Position numbers and translations under genes: made by a program. A stretch of DNA of 63,629 nt, the filler included, from Sphacelaria rigidula (taxonomy: Eukaryota): NCBI GenBank assembly GCA_964200075.2. It is 4 parts of 4 records of this genome, joined end to end, with 100 filler letters (N's around TTAATTAATTAA, not from the genome) between each part and the next. Parts side by side here need not be neighbours in the genome. Positions count along the whole stretch, not along the records: positions 1 to 15,837 come from CAXNAA020001575.1; positions 15,938 to 31,771 come from CAXNAA020001576.1; 2 more parts are not named here. One strand, given 5' to 3'. Of this stretch, positions 13,803-25,395 are shown one piece after another; the first letter of the stretch is position 1; each line of letters opens with the position of its first letter. A model generated the notes under the pieces. That model was not told the DNA's origin. It was given only the letters and a program-made list of their open reading frames with translations, and made no database searches.

Positions 13803-15837
13803 TAATACCTCAAAAGGTGTTTTCCATTGAAGCCTTCCAGAACAGTTTTGAAACCGCGCACTGACTAATATACTGTACTGTTGGTATAATACTAGAAGAA
13901 ACGATTAAACTCGTTGTGAGGTTTCTGGTCGACGAGCAGAGGTGCTATGTTCCGGGGAAGCGATATCTCTGCCATCACTGAAGAGAAAAACACCAGAAGC
14001 AGAAGAACCGAGCGAAGTCCCAAGCCACAACTACGTTGCTGTGAGATGCTGGCTATCCTACCCTCAACAGCAGTACCATGCCCAGATACTTTCACCTTCG
14101 GGAACTACGTTTCTATACTGTCGGATCAAACTGGCGTTTCTTGGGGGACTCATTACGAACTGGCGTACCTCATCAAGAGAGCAGCCGCACACAGAAACCA
14201 CGAGATTCCCAACGAAGAATGCCATGCGTAGTCTGTGTTCTCACGATGCTCCCTAAAGGACAACAGTGATAAGAGCGTACGAGTTGGAGACGCGAAACAA
14301 ATTGATTGAATTCGAATCGTTGTACAATCCAGACCCTAACTGCAAGCCACAACAGTTTCTGTTCAGACCCGCGACGACCATATCAAGAGATAACGATCTG
14401 AAAGGCAATGAGATGAAAACCAGCGCGATTTCATTGATCCGAAGGTGGATATTTATCCTGAAAACGGAACAGATATAAAGTTTAGCTCGTTGAATCCTAC
14501 CTCATGGTCTTGAAGACAGGAAAATATTTCAATAATGCATAATGAAAGATGCAAGTCCCATCAAGAAACTACCTGATGACAATAGTTCAAGAATCAATAT
14601 TGGAAAACAACACTTGACGAACAAACTTGGTGGAACCGCGATCATGATGAGGAGCTGAACAACCAGGGGAACGACCGCAGCGACGACAGGGAGGGTAAGC
14701 GGAGTCACAATGATTTCTCTGCATGAAATTATCGACCTTTTACTTTCGCATAAAAACCTCTGCAGTCGAATCATTGGAGTGCAACATGTATCGAAAGTAG
14801 GTTTTGCGGGACGTCTGCCTGCACTGTACTGTTGTTGTCGCATGTTGCTGTTGCGGAACACCAGCTGCGTTGTGATGGGTCGCCAACAGGAATAATCAGT
14901 ACAGGGAGGCATGGAGGTAGCGTAAGCATGATGGCGACGGACGTGGCTTACTGCAGATAGCGTGACATTGACGGTCTTTTCCATTTGTAGTTTGTGATGA
15001 CACCCGAAATCATGTCCTGCTTCTCTACAACGGGGCATCAACACTGACTATTTTCTCGTTGCTTACGCCCGTTTCGGACCCAACGCGCATCACGTGCGTG
15101 CCGTATCCAGCGCACTCTGGCATTCGGTTAGAATGATACAGTCAGTGGTATCGGGGAAAGCCAAGATGTGCACGTGGGTGTGCTGTACCAGGACTGTCCA
15201 TCAGAGATACGAAGGCCATTCCTCGAACTATCGTTTGAGAAATGTCCACACTTTTCAAGTTGGATCGCAGCTGTTTGAGAAAAGAATCTGTCAAACCTTG
15301 GCCGAACACGCCTTCATTTGCCTGCCACGGGTTGAAAAGACGCGAGTCTGAAGATTCGTCTGCGATGAAGATGTAGGGAGGAGCTCATAGCAGTCGGGTC
15401 GGCCATGTGCACCAGTTTTATAAAAAGATTGTGACTGTGATGAATTAGACGGCTGTCGATGCCAATATCGATTACAATGTATGTTGTCATCCCATCTTTT
15501 CTGGACGCCGGTCTACACAATATCACCCTATTGGTGGGGAATCATCGGAAGCAGTGACGATCTTCTATCAACGTTTTGTTCTGTAGGCTGTACCCGTCAG
15601 TGCCGGATATTTGGTGGGCATACTAATACAAGCCATACCGGATTGCGCACGGAACATTTTGGTATGGTTCGGCAGGGTGTCAAGCTCTGTTCCGAACACT
15701 CCGGCATGGTCCAGAAAGGTATTCGTCTATAAAACCTCCCAAGGGCCCTTCTCAACCAAGGGGATTACAATATTCCCTTTTTCAACATCCCCTCTTTGAA
15801 AAATGACCGCTCATTGGTCGCTGCGATACCCCCCCCC

Positions 15838-15937
15838 NNNNNNNNNNNNNNNNNNNNNNNNNNNNNNNNNNNNNNNNNNNNTTAATTAATTAANNNNNNN
15901 NNNNNNNNNNNNNNNNNNNNNNNNNNNNNNNNNNNNN
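15838..15937. other. Artificial contig-joining linker (N44-TTAATTAATTAA-N44)
   Basis: Exactly 100 nt, with a six-frame stop palindrome at 15882-15893. Confidence 0.97.
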
Positions 15938-17301
15938 AACGCAAGTGTGTAAGGATGTCTGACACACTTATGAGCCTCGTTTTCGTGCAACCAAATGTTA
16001 CGCGAGGCTGATCAACCTGTTACAGTACCTGTAAACGAGGCGAATGACCTGTTGAAATATAATTGGCTATCGTGGCTTGTGTATAAAATACACAGTGTTC
16101 AACTGTCAGTAGACAGGAACAATCGGTTCAACTTGTGAACCCAGCTCTAACAAAAGAGCTCGCAGAGGCTGCACAGTGTTGGTTCAACACTTGTTTGTGC
16201 GAGAGAGAGGATGCTTAAAATTGCCGCTTCATCTGGGCGTTACATAAATCAAACACATAAAACACTTGGTTCCTTATTAACGCAGAAACCAATAACAAGC
16301 TGATAGGCTTGCTTGAGGTGGGTCGCTTTGGAGAGTAAATAGTGTGGGGCTATTTCTCTTAGTTCGTCTTTCTGCTGAGGTAAACCGTCCTCTGATAAGA
16401 CGTAAATTTCGGAGCACTTTACCCTTGGTTCTCGGGCAAGCTACGAGCTGGGCCAGCCTCAAAATGGATTTGAGGTCTAAAATCAATATCTCATCGACAC
16501 GGACGAGGTCGGCCGTGATCCGCATATCGTATTAATCGTGTAATCAATGGGAAGGTGCCCATGTGCTCAAACATCTGGGCCAATATTTGTCTCGTTGAAT
16601 AAACCCCATTTCTCGTAATTCCTGTACCGTACGGCGATAGCGTTCACACTAGAATCTATATCAAACCCCAAACGATACATTCAGCGGATTATGACGACTT
16701 GTGGTGTGGACCTTCCTTGGGGCACGGCGAGACGAAAGATACCCTCACCTTCACCTAATTTACAATCTGTCTCGAGATACGGCGCACGTGAGTTCCAATA
16801 ATGAAGTTGATATATGACGAGGAGAGGCACTAGATGCCCTAAATCTGGATATCGCGTCTTAGGTTTTGAAAGTTGTTTTATGAAATTTGGTCTGGAGAAC
16901 TGCTTACTATTTCTATTACTTTGATATCCGTCATATTAGCTCGATCTCTCCAACCCGTGGTCACAGAGTGCAAGGAGCATGCCATCTATACCCATACAGC
17001 CCGAAAACCGAACAGCCCGCAGGAAAAGACAACAAACACAAAATCTACAAGATACGGCGAACCGCAAGTGCAAAATGGAAAGAATGAACACAACTCTGAA
17101 GTTTTTTTTTTTTTTTCATTGTTTTTCGTGTATTTAGTTGAGTTTTGAGGAGAAATGAACATTGCTCCTCCGCCTAATCTCAATGTTTCAGCTCAATTTT
17201 TAGAATCGTGATTTGAAACTAAGCATGGACAACAACGAAGTTACGCCGAATAAAAAATGGGCCTTCATTTGTTTTCATATAGGTTGGGGCGATTTTTTTT
17301 C

Positions 17302-17460
17302 TTCCCTCACACTTTGAACCCCCCCTCCCTCGGGATGAGTCCGTGGTCTCAAGGGATCAACCCATCTCTCCCCCCGTACGCGCCTGTCATTTTGGTCTCG
17401 TCGATTGGGTCAGCACTCCCGCACCGCGTCAACTCACGTCACACAAACCCAGTCTCCACC
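17302..17460 (-). mobile_element. SINE 3' half (other fragments at about 23020-23090 -, 55725-55815 +, 60650-60810 +, 63150-63290 +)
   Basis: Matches the SINE body consensus. Confidence 0.75.
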
Positions 17461-17629
17461 ATACCGGAACCCCGTAAACCAGTAAAACAACCAACCTCAC
17501 CCGCTGAGTTTAGTTGATTTTTACCCTAACGAGGGCCCACACAATTTTTCAATACACCAAAACCTAACGTGGGCCGGTGAGTGGCCTGCGAAATTTTCTT
17601 CCGAGTATCTACCGACCCGGTTTTCAGAA

Positions 17630-17898
17630 GGCGAATGCGCCGGCCAATATTTAGAGTTGGAGCGTAAAACTTGGTGCGGACAATGCATAGGGCATGAATA
17701 TGAACTACGAGAGCACCATAATAATTTTTTTCCGTGAGTTGAGGGCATTTCAATGATCCCTGAAAACCGATTATTGCCCTCAACTCATGGAAAACAATCA
17801 AAACTCCTTGTGCTTCTATAGTATTTTTTGTTGTTCCCCATGCATTGTCCATACCAAATTATACGCTCCAGCTCTAAATACTGGCCGGCGCATTCGCC
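17630..17898. repeat. Long imperfect hairpin (arms of about 120 bp, short loop)
   Basis: GGCGAATGCGCCGGCCA.TATTTAGAG.TGGAGCGTA versus its reverse complement ending at 17898. Confidence 0.8.
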
Positions 17899-18149
17899 AA
17901 CAAACTTCAAATCTGCCTCCAGGCTGACCCAGCTCGTACTTTTGTCCGCTTCACCGACTGGAAACGTACGGGGCGTCCCCATCAAACTCCACAGTAGTTG
18001 AATACTAACAAAAGCTCTCGATGTAGTACCTACACTTTTTGGGCCAGATGGAAAATACAGTTATCGATATTTGATCAAATTCGGAGCCCCCTCGCTCGAA
18101 ATTGCAGTTTTAGTTTTTTTCGCCGCGTGCTTCAGGCCATGCAGATATG

Positions 18150-18920
18150 TTTCCATTCTCATCTCCTGTCTCGAGCCTTTTTATATCTTCAGGTATATAT
18201 CCTCGTCTACTTGGTGTGTGAGCATTTGTTTGTGCCCTGTCTCTCATGTCTTTTGTACCTCGCGCCTTCACCTACGCACAGTATTTGGTGTTGGTTTCCC
18301 CCTATCTCTTTCCATACTTTCTCGACTTGTCGATTCCACCGTATCCCAGCCTGCAGCCCTATCAACTATGGTTGACAATCTCTTCATTCGGGCCATTCAT
18401 GCTATATTACCGCCGCGCCCCGGTGGTGTAATGGTCCGACTGTCGCCATCACGGTGGAGACAACGGGGGTTCGATCACCGATGCGTTTCGTTTTTTTTTT
18501 GTCATGTATGATTCGCACCGTGGAAAGCTTGAGAATGTGAGAGAAAAAAAGTAGTCGACTGGGGTAGTGTGACGTAAGTTGACGCGGTGCGGGAGTGCCG
18601 ATCCAACCCGCGAGGTCAATATGGAAGGCACGCACGGGGGGAGAGATGGGTTGATCCTTTGAGACCACGGACACATCCCGAGGGAGGAAAAGGGTTCAAA
18701 GTGTGAGGGGAAAAAAATACCATACCAATTTACTCATGTCTCTGTTTTAGCTGCGTGCGTTCTTTACTCTGCTCTTGAAGTTAGATAACTCGTCGTTTCC
18801 GAGCATCCAAGGATTTTCTTAGCTGCTGCAATCGGTACTGTTTCCAACTTCTTCCACCAACTCCACCCTCCCCTCCCATACCTCTCCTAATATTCCAGCA
18901 TTGGTACGGATCAAAATGTA
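18150..18920 (-). mobile_element. LINE family A fragment interrupted by a SINE
   Basis: Reverse complement matches the 9.35-9.8 kb part of the LINE above (KKLETV..AAAKKILGCS; CCATAGTTGATAGGG). Confidence 0.75.
18411..18717 (+). mobile_element. tRNA-derived SINE, full length
   Basis: A-box-like TGGTGTAATGG, B-box GGTTCGATC, T-run, conserved body, A-rich tail. Confidence 0.85.
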
Positions 18921-20719
18921 GGTGTGGGTGTTTTTATTTTCGGGTGTTTTGGAATATGTTTGGAGGCACTCTACTCTGTAAGATGCGCACAGCTATACTG
19001 AAAGCAAGACTAGTAACGTTGCAAACGCTGAAGATCAACGGTCTGCGGCGACGCACGACCCGCTCCCCTCAGAATATATTTCGCTCGTGATGACTACCTC
19101 GAGAGGAAACACTCGGAATAAGGGTGTGCATATTCGCAGCACTCCATAGTACAATAAATTCTGAAACCGTACTCTAACCTTTACCCTCACGGTATCCCCG
19201 AGGAAGAGGATGCGAAACGTGGCTGTGTCGGATTTCAAAACTCCCAGCCATACGCGGCATTGGACGTTGAAAGTTCCAAACTGCAAGGCCGAATGGAGGA
19301 AAGTGCCAGATAAGTGCTTCCTGTGTGCATGTTTGCGGCGCTTCTTAGTACCAGAGTTTTCCGAACCAGCGCCCTCACTCTAACCCTGACCTTGGCCGAA
19401 TGCAAAACGGGACGATTTTGGATTCTCAGAAGCCGGCCATACGCGACCGTTGCTAGATGGTGTGCTTATCCGTGCACCTCGCACCCACTCTGGCGATGCC
19501 TGAAACTGACGTTAGAGAAGTTTATATTTCCCGATGATGTGCCCATGGATGTTCTTGTCCGAAGGATTATCCTGAAGGTTCCGTGAAAGGGTTGAAGATT
19601 TGCCGTTCAAAGCGACATGAAGGGTTTTTCACCGATCGACTGAGCACGAGTGTAGGTGTATTTCAAATCCAACAAATGTTTAGTTTCGAGTGTAGCCCAT
19701 ACTGTGCCATATTTCACCGGGTGTCTCACTCTTGTGCTACAATGTAAATTGGCAGTGAACACCTTCGAATCGCAATGGAAAACATCCTAACGGGTTCGAT
19801 CGATTGAATGTCGTACATGAACGTATCGCATTGATCGGTAGATGGCCACGCGTGTGGTTGGACAGCTCTTGGTATACTCGGTGTTGATTAAAGGGAAGAA
19901 GTGGTGTCCCAAAATATCCTGTCATGTGTATAAATGGAGGCCGGTTTTGGGTACTCTTGTTGCGGTATGTTGTGCCAATATTCAATGCGGTTATCTCGGC
20001 AATGAAGCGGAGGATTCGACTGCGGTTTGTTGCGTGCGCCTTCCACACACCTTATCTAGCTAGCGTCGTTCCGCAACTGCCTTCGTGCGTGATACTAAGC
20101 TTCACCGAACTGAAATGTACACGAGAACATTTTCTGCTCTGCAGTTTTTGGGTATTTTCGGGTCAGCTGTAGCAAATTGAGCAAAGAGGTAACGGCTTGA
20201 CTCACCTAGCTCTTGTGTGTATGCGGGGGGCTGTGCAGTCCCGCCTGCCGGCTTGCTTCATACGTCGAGAAAACTGCGATAAAAAGTGATACAGCTGTCG
20301 CATACTAAAGCAAGTTGATGAGGGATGAAGCTTGTGTCCTTTTCGTGGTCTGCTCGGCAGTTCGGCAGAGGTGCGACCACCTGATGACGTGTTTTGTTTG
20401 ATCATTTTCGGAGAAGGTTTGTTGATTCTTGAGGGCCCCTCTGACACCCACAACTGTCTTGAGTACAGGGCAAAATGGTGGTCTGATGGTCAGACTGGTA
20501 CCGTCAGGGTGCAGAGGACAAGACTTCGGTTTTGGTCAGACACGTTCTTCTCTCTTCGAAATACATGAATACCGTTGGCGTATCAAACGTGAGTACGTGA
20601 GGAGACATGGACTGATGCCTTGAGACCATTAGACCATGGACTCGTCGCAAGGGTGGCGGGATATTTGGGGTGTGAAGGAAAGGGAAATCGTGTATCGATC
20701 GAGACTGGAAAACACAAAA

Positions 20720-21365
20720 GGTTTTGTGCCGTACTAAACCAACTTGAGTACAGCACGTGGATAAATATTCGCCTGGAGAAATATGATCGCGATTCTGCAG
20801 CGTATGATCGCTATGATGGGGCCATGAAATATCTTGGACGCCTGGGTAGCGTGAGGTTACCCACTGGGTCTGCGGTATCCACGTGCGCGAGTCCCGCATT
20901 TCTACCGTGTGCCTTGTACTTTCTGTACTACACATAGCATTCGCTTGGCTGCTGACACTCTCTTCGGACCAATATTAGTGTTGGAACGTCATCGTCACAT
21001 CAAATCTATCGTTGTACATATAAAAAAACGCCCGGACTGTCCTCCGCGGAGTACCATTTTTGTTTGCAACTTACGTGAGTGTTTTGCGCCGGGTTCGGCA
21101 CCAAAAAGGTCCCGATATAGTACTGTTCGGAAAAAAGGCGTGGCAGCCAGGGAGTGCTACGTGTAGAATAGAAAGTACAAGGCACCTGGTACGAGTGTGG
21201 GACTCGCGTATGCGGATACCGCCGACCCAGCGGGTAATTCAACGCTTCGCATACGTCCAAAAATATTTCATGGTGCCATCGCAGCTGTCATACGTGAAAG
21301 AATCGCCAGCATTGCCCAATATTGGAGCAGGTGCTGTACTTGATTTAGTGCACTTCCTGCACACG
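20720..21365. repeat. Foldback element, imperfect inverted arms of about 270 bp
   Basis: e.g. GCGGTATCC..GCGAGTCCC..GTGCCTTGTACTTTCT versus AGAAAGTACAAGGCAC..GGGACTCGC..GGATACCGC. Confidence 0.8.
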
Positions 21366-21419
21366 ATATATTTTTGTGTCACACTTTATCGGTACACAGC
21401 TTTTTTTCTGTTTTTGTTC

Positions 21420-21608
21420 CCCTTCACCCCGTTCCTTCCTAGAGACGACTCCGTTGTCTCGGAGGATTCACCCATCATCCCTGATGTCCTCACTCTTTGG
21501 ACGGTCTAATCCTGTTCCCGGGAGAAAACAAGATGCGTCTGGTGCGAATCGAACCTACGTTCTCTTCACCCTGACGGTGGCATTCTCACCACTTGACCAC
21601 CGAGGCAC
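21420..21608 (-). mobile_element. SINE with internal deletion
   Basis: Head with GGTTCGATTCG joined directly to the 3' body. Confidence 0.7.
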
Positions 21609-22377
21609 TTTCTTCGTGCCAAAGGACTCGAACGATGCGTGCCTCAATTTTTTCAATTTCGGGGTGAGATATTGACAAAAAAGAAAGCGCACTCAGGCCC
21701 ACTCTACACCACCTTTGACTCATATACATACATATATATTTTCTCCATGCTTACTTTGAGGAGTTTGAACTGACCATGGTTAGTGTGTAAAAAAAGAATA
21801 GGAAGCTGAGGGTGTCACGCGGTGGGCCCAAGTCTCGTTTCTCTGGTGTCAAACTCCCACCCCGAGTTTCTGTTTTTGACGCAACAACTCAGGTGTTGCA
21901 GCAAGTCATCCCTACGTGTACGTACCACTGGTCTCCATTACGATGGCGGACCCAGAAACGCCATATCAAAATACTCTACAAAAACAAGATGTGAACAGGG
22001 AAAATGGTGTCTCTCTGGGACACAGGTTGTCGAGGAGCCAGGATCGTTTCATAGGCCATAATCTCAGTTCTCTCCAACTCGTATAATCATACATCGACGA
22101 ACTATATCACGCCATCGGAGAAGTATAAACAGTAGCAGCGTATTTTTGCGCAACTCGACCGCACGGAAAGGAGCGTTCGCTCACCAACCCATACTTAACC
22201 GTTGCTCTGTCCGATTTGTACACGACGCAGCTAGCTGTTCTGGTCTTTCGTTTTGGATTATGTCCTTTGTATACAGCCCTTCTGCGATAAAAACAAAAGT
22301 GCTGGCTATTCTTGTTCCCAAAGTATTCGATGAGCGCAATTGGAGGAGACACGCACTAACCGTAAACGTTCCAGGGT

Positions 22378-22612
22378 TCGGACGAATCATCGCCTGTTCG
22401 AACCACCAATTCCACGATGTTTTTCCAGGCCTGATTGCTCGGGAGAGAATCGAAAGCTGACCGCTGGTCGAAAAGGTCTACACGCAATGTTTGCGCCATT
22501 CCGCCTGCCTGGGCTGCTCGTACCTGGATTGCAACGCTGAAAACAAAGCCTAAGGGGTGATTCGTACGGCACGAATCAATAACACTAAAATCAAGTAACT
22601 TCCAGATGAATC
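22378..22612 (+). repeat. Unclassified dispersed repeat; copies at 23475-23712 (+) and about 38210-38465 (-)
   Basis: GGACGAATCAT...TTGCGCCATTCC...GCAACGCTGAAAACAA...CACTAAAATCAAGTAA. Confidence 0.8.
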
Positions 22613-23739
22613 ACTAATTAGCCCGACCGTAGCAACAACGTTCATCCATAGTAACTTCCGTTCCCGGTTAGTTGCCACTTACGAACACGGCAACGACCAA
22701 CATGCGGAGAATACAACTCCGCATCTACTCGGCTGTCTATGTATACTGCATAGTCCAATACACCGTGGTGCTTCTTACTGGTTTGCATCTATTCGGCTGA
22801 CGTCGCGTGTGCAAAGTCTGGTGCATGTATTATACTCATTCGTACCACGAAAACCCACTAATTGGGTGATATTTTTAACTTTCGTCGGATGCGAAACAAG
22901 CACGTATTTCGAGGCACAAGCAACCGACAGCAGGAGCGCTTCAAACCCATTTTCGATGTGCGTGGTCGCTGTCTGCACCGTACGCTTGGACAGGATGTGT
23001 TTCTCGCTTAGTCACATAATAAACCTTTCCCTTGCCTTCCTCGGGATGAGTCCGTAATGTGATGGAATCAAACGATTTCTCCCAAGTGCGCGCTGCATGT
23101 TGTTGCATGCATATTTTTGGGTGAAATGAGCAGTACTAAAATTGTGGGAAGCCTTTTGCAGACGGTGAAATGATGAGCACGGCATATACCATGATGACGG
23201 TTTGGTGACGTGATGCAGATAGTACTTGACCATCTGGAAGATCAGTGTCTCCGACGCTCATTAAATTGTGGTGCCTAGCCCATACATTTGGACGCGAAAT
23301 CCGTGGGAATCGTTCATTCACGGCGCGGAATCCGAATTCATCATTTGCAATCATTGAATATGCGTATTGTTGTTGATAGTTCCTCTCGCCCTCGTTCACG
23401 GTTATAGCACGGTTATCAAGTTTTGAGGAGAAAACGGGGAGGTTGTAGACGTCACTCGCCGGGCAATATATCACGGTTAGGACGAATCATCACCGGTTGG
23501 AACCACAAAATCCACCACTTCTTGGGCCTGATTGATCGAATGTCAACAGAAGGGGTTTACCGCTGGTAAAAAAAGGTCTCCACGCAATTTTTGCGCCATT
23601 CCACGTGCCTGGGCTGCGCGTACCTAGGTTGCAACGCTGAAAACAAGACGTGAGGATTGATTCTCACGGTATGAATCAGTCTCACTAAAATCAAGTAATT
23701 TCCAGACGAATGGTGGATTCGTCCGACTATTGCAATGTA

Positions 23740-24120
23740 TCACTCTTCGATGATCGAAATTGTGCACTTCCTGGAAGTCTGTCGACATTTTTGCGACGAC
23801 CAAGAGTGCATGCACTTTTATTCACAAAATATACGGAAGAGTTTCGAAAACTCATCGTTCGGTGAGTTTAATTTTGCCAGGCTGTACATATCTCGTGAAT
23901 TTGACAATTAGGAAACTTGCTGCAATTTTGTCACCATTCTTAGTCTCACATGTGTGTTCTGGGGGAAAGGTAGTGTTGCGAAAGTGTCGAGGCGAAATCA
24001 AAATGTGTTTCCGAAACTCCATTACGTTTGCGAGGATTCAAGTGAAGGTACTCTTGGTCGTGGCGAAAACGTCACCGGACATTTCCTCAAGTTTCAGCAC
24101 TTTCCATCATCGGAGGGTTA
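23740..24120. repeat. Degenerate inverted-repeat element
   Basis: Arms of about 70 bp containing ACTCTTGGTCGT.GC.AAAA.GTC. Confidence 0.6.
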
Positions 24121-25337
24121 TGGCCATGAAGAGTGCATCCCCCCTATGATTTGATGGCGCCTCCCAGTATCATTTACATTTATCGGTGCCTCGTGGTGAA
24201 AAATGGCCGGGAGACGCACATCAGATCACCCTGCACCGACCGTCATCGATACATGAAAGCAGTCGGGGTCATTGATATCTAGTACCCGAGAGGAAACAGA
24301 CTGGTGGTACACATCCGCCTTTACGTATCAACATTGATGAACCCTTCGACCGGCAGGGTTGATCTCCTGTTGAATTGGCAACTCAGCTCGAGAAATGAAG
24401 ACAAGACGTAAAGGTTAATGTACACAGCGCTCGCTAGTGCAATCAAATTTCGATCATGTTTTTTATCAGGCTGTGATATAGGAGCAAGCATAGCCTAGTC
24501 TCCGCATCCTCCAGGCCCGTCGTATGTTCAGTCGTTCAGCCAGTAGTCATAGGACGTAAGGTTGGGCTGCCTTTCTCGACAGTGTGCACGGATTTCAAAC
24601 AGGAAGAAGAGGAATTGAAGAAAAACAGGGAGGGGAAGCAGAAAAAAAAAGACGGAGACAAATGTTTTGTGTGGGGTGCCGTGGGGTGTTTGGGGTGTTG
24701 GGGGTGTTTTTGTTCTTGGCACACGGGGAGGGCAAGATGATTCCAGATGCACCAGGTGACATTTGTTGGCTCTGCATACGAAATGCATTACTGCGGTTCC
24801 TCGCGCGTTGTGGGGCAACATGGATACATCTTGTACCCACCTCCGCAGTGGTGTCCGTAGTGTGTGATGCTGCGTACAATCGGGACGGCTTCATTGTCCG
24901 AGGGCTGTTGTTTTTTTGGTGCCACGTGGTAAGGCATTATACGCACATTTTTTGTTGAGTATAGTACGTGCATGAGATGCTGCTCGCGATCAATGGGCTA
25001 CTTCGAAGGCACCACGATGCTTCGCAAGTTTCTTCGTCAAACACAACATCTACGGGTTTATATCTTCAGTAAAGCGTAGGTGCCTTCGTACCAGGAATGT
25101 TCGATCCTACGGGGTTTGGGTTTTTTTCCGGTCACCACGTCTTTATTATGGCTTCTGTTGCCCCCCCCCCCCTATCGTAGCATGGCTCTTTCGTTTGTCT
25201 CTGTTGTTGAATCAAAATATGAGGAGTTGTGGCGGTCGATTAGTCCCATGACAATGGCAGACGAAGAAACGACGTTCGAGAAGTCTTGTGAAGATATGAC
25301 CAGGCCAGGCAGTGTATATTTTGAACACAAATTCTCA

Positions 25338-25395
25338 ACCATCCCAGAAGAGTGCATGGGACAATATATAAGCTCTCACTTCGCTTATTGTACAG
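25338..25395 (+). pseudogene. Probable decayed LRR exon
   Basis: ATCCCAGAAGAG..TGGGACA...GCTCTCACT...CTTA aligns by eye to the intact exon (ATCCCCGAAGAGCTGGGACA...GCTTTGACT...CTTA) with indels; no intact splice sites. Confidence 0.45.

Noticed and set aside
15882-15893. TTAATTAATTAA as a biological motif
   Set aside because: Embedded in Ns identically three times; a synthetic linker
18416-18490. tRNA gene
   Set aside because: No complete cloverleaf or acceptor stem; it is the head of a multi-copy SINE
20202-20453. Duplicated minus-strand ORF ending at a GTGAGT donor (also 29030-29296)
   Set aside because: Differences between the copies include many amino-acid changes and an indel; no domain similarity
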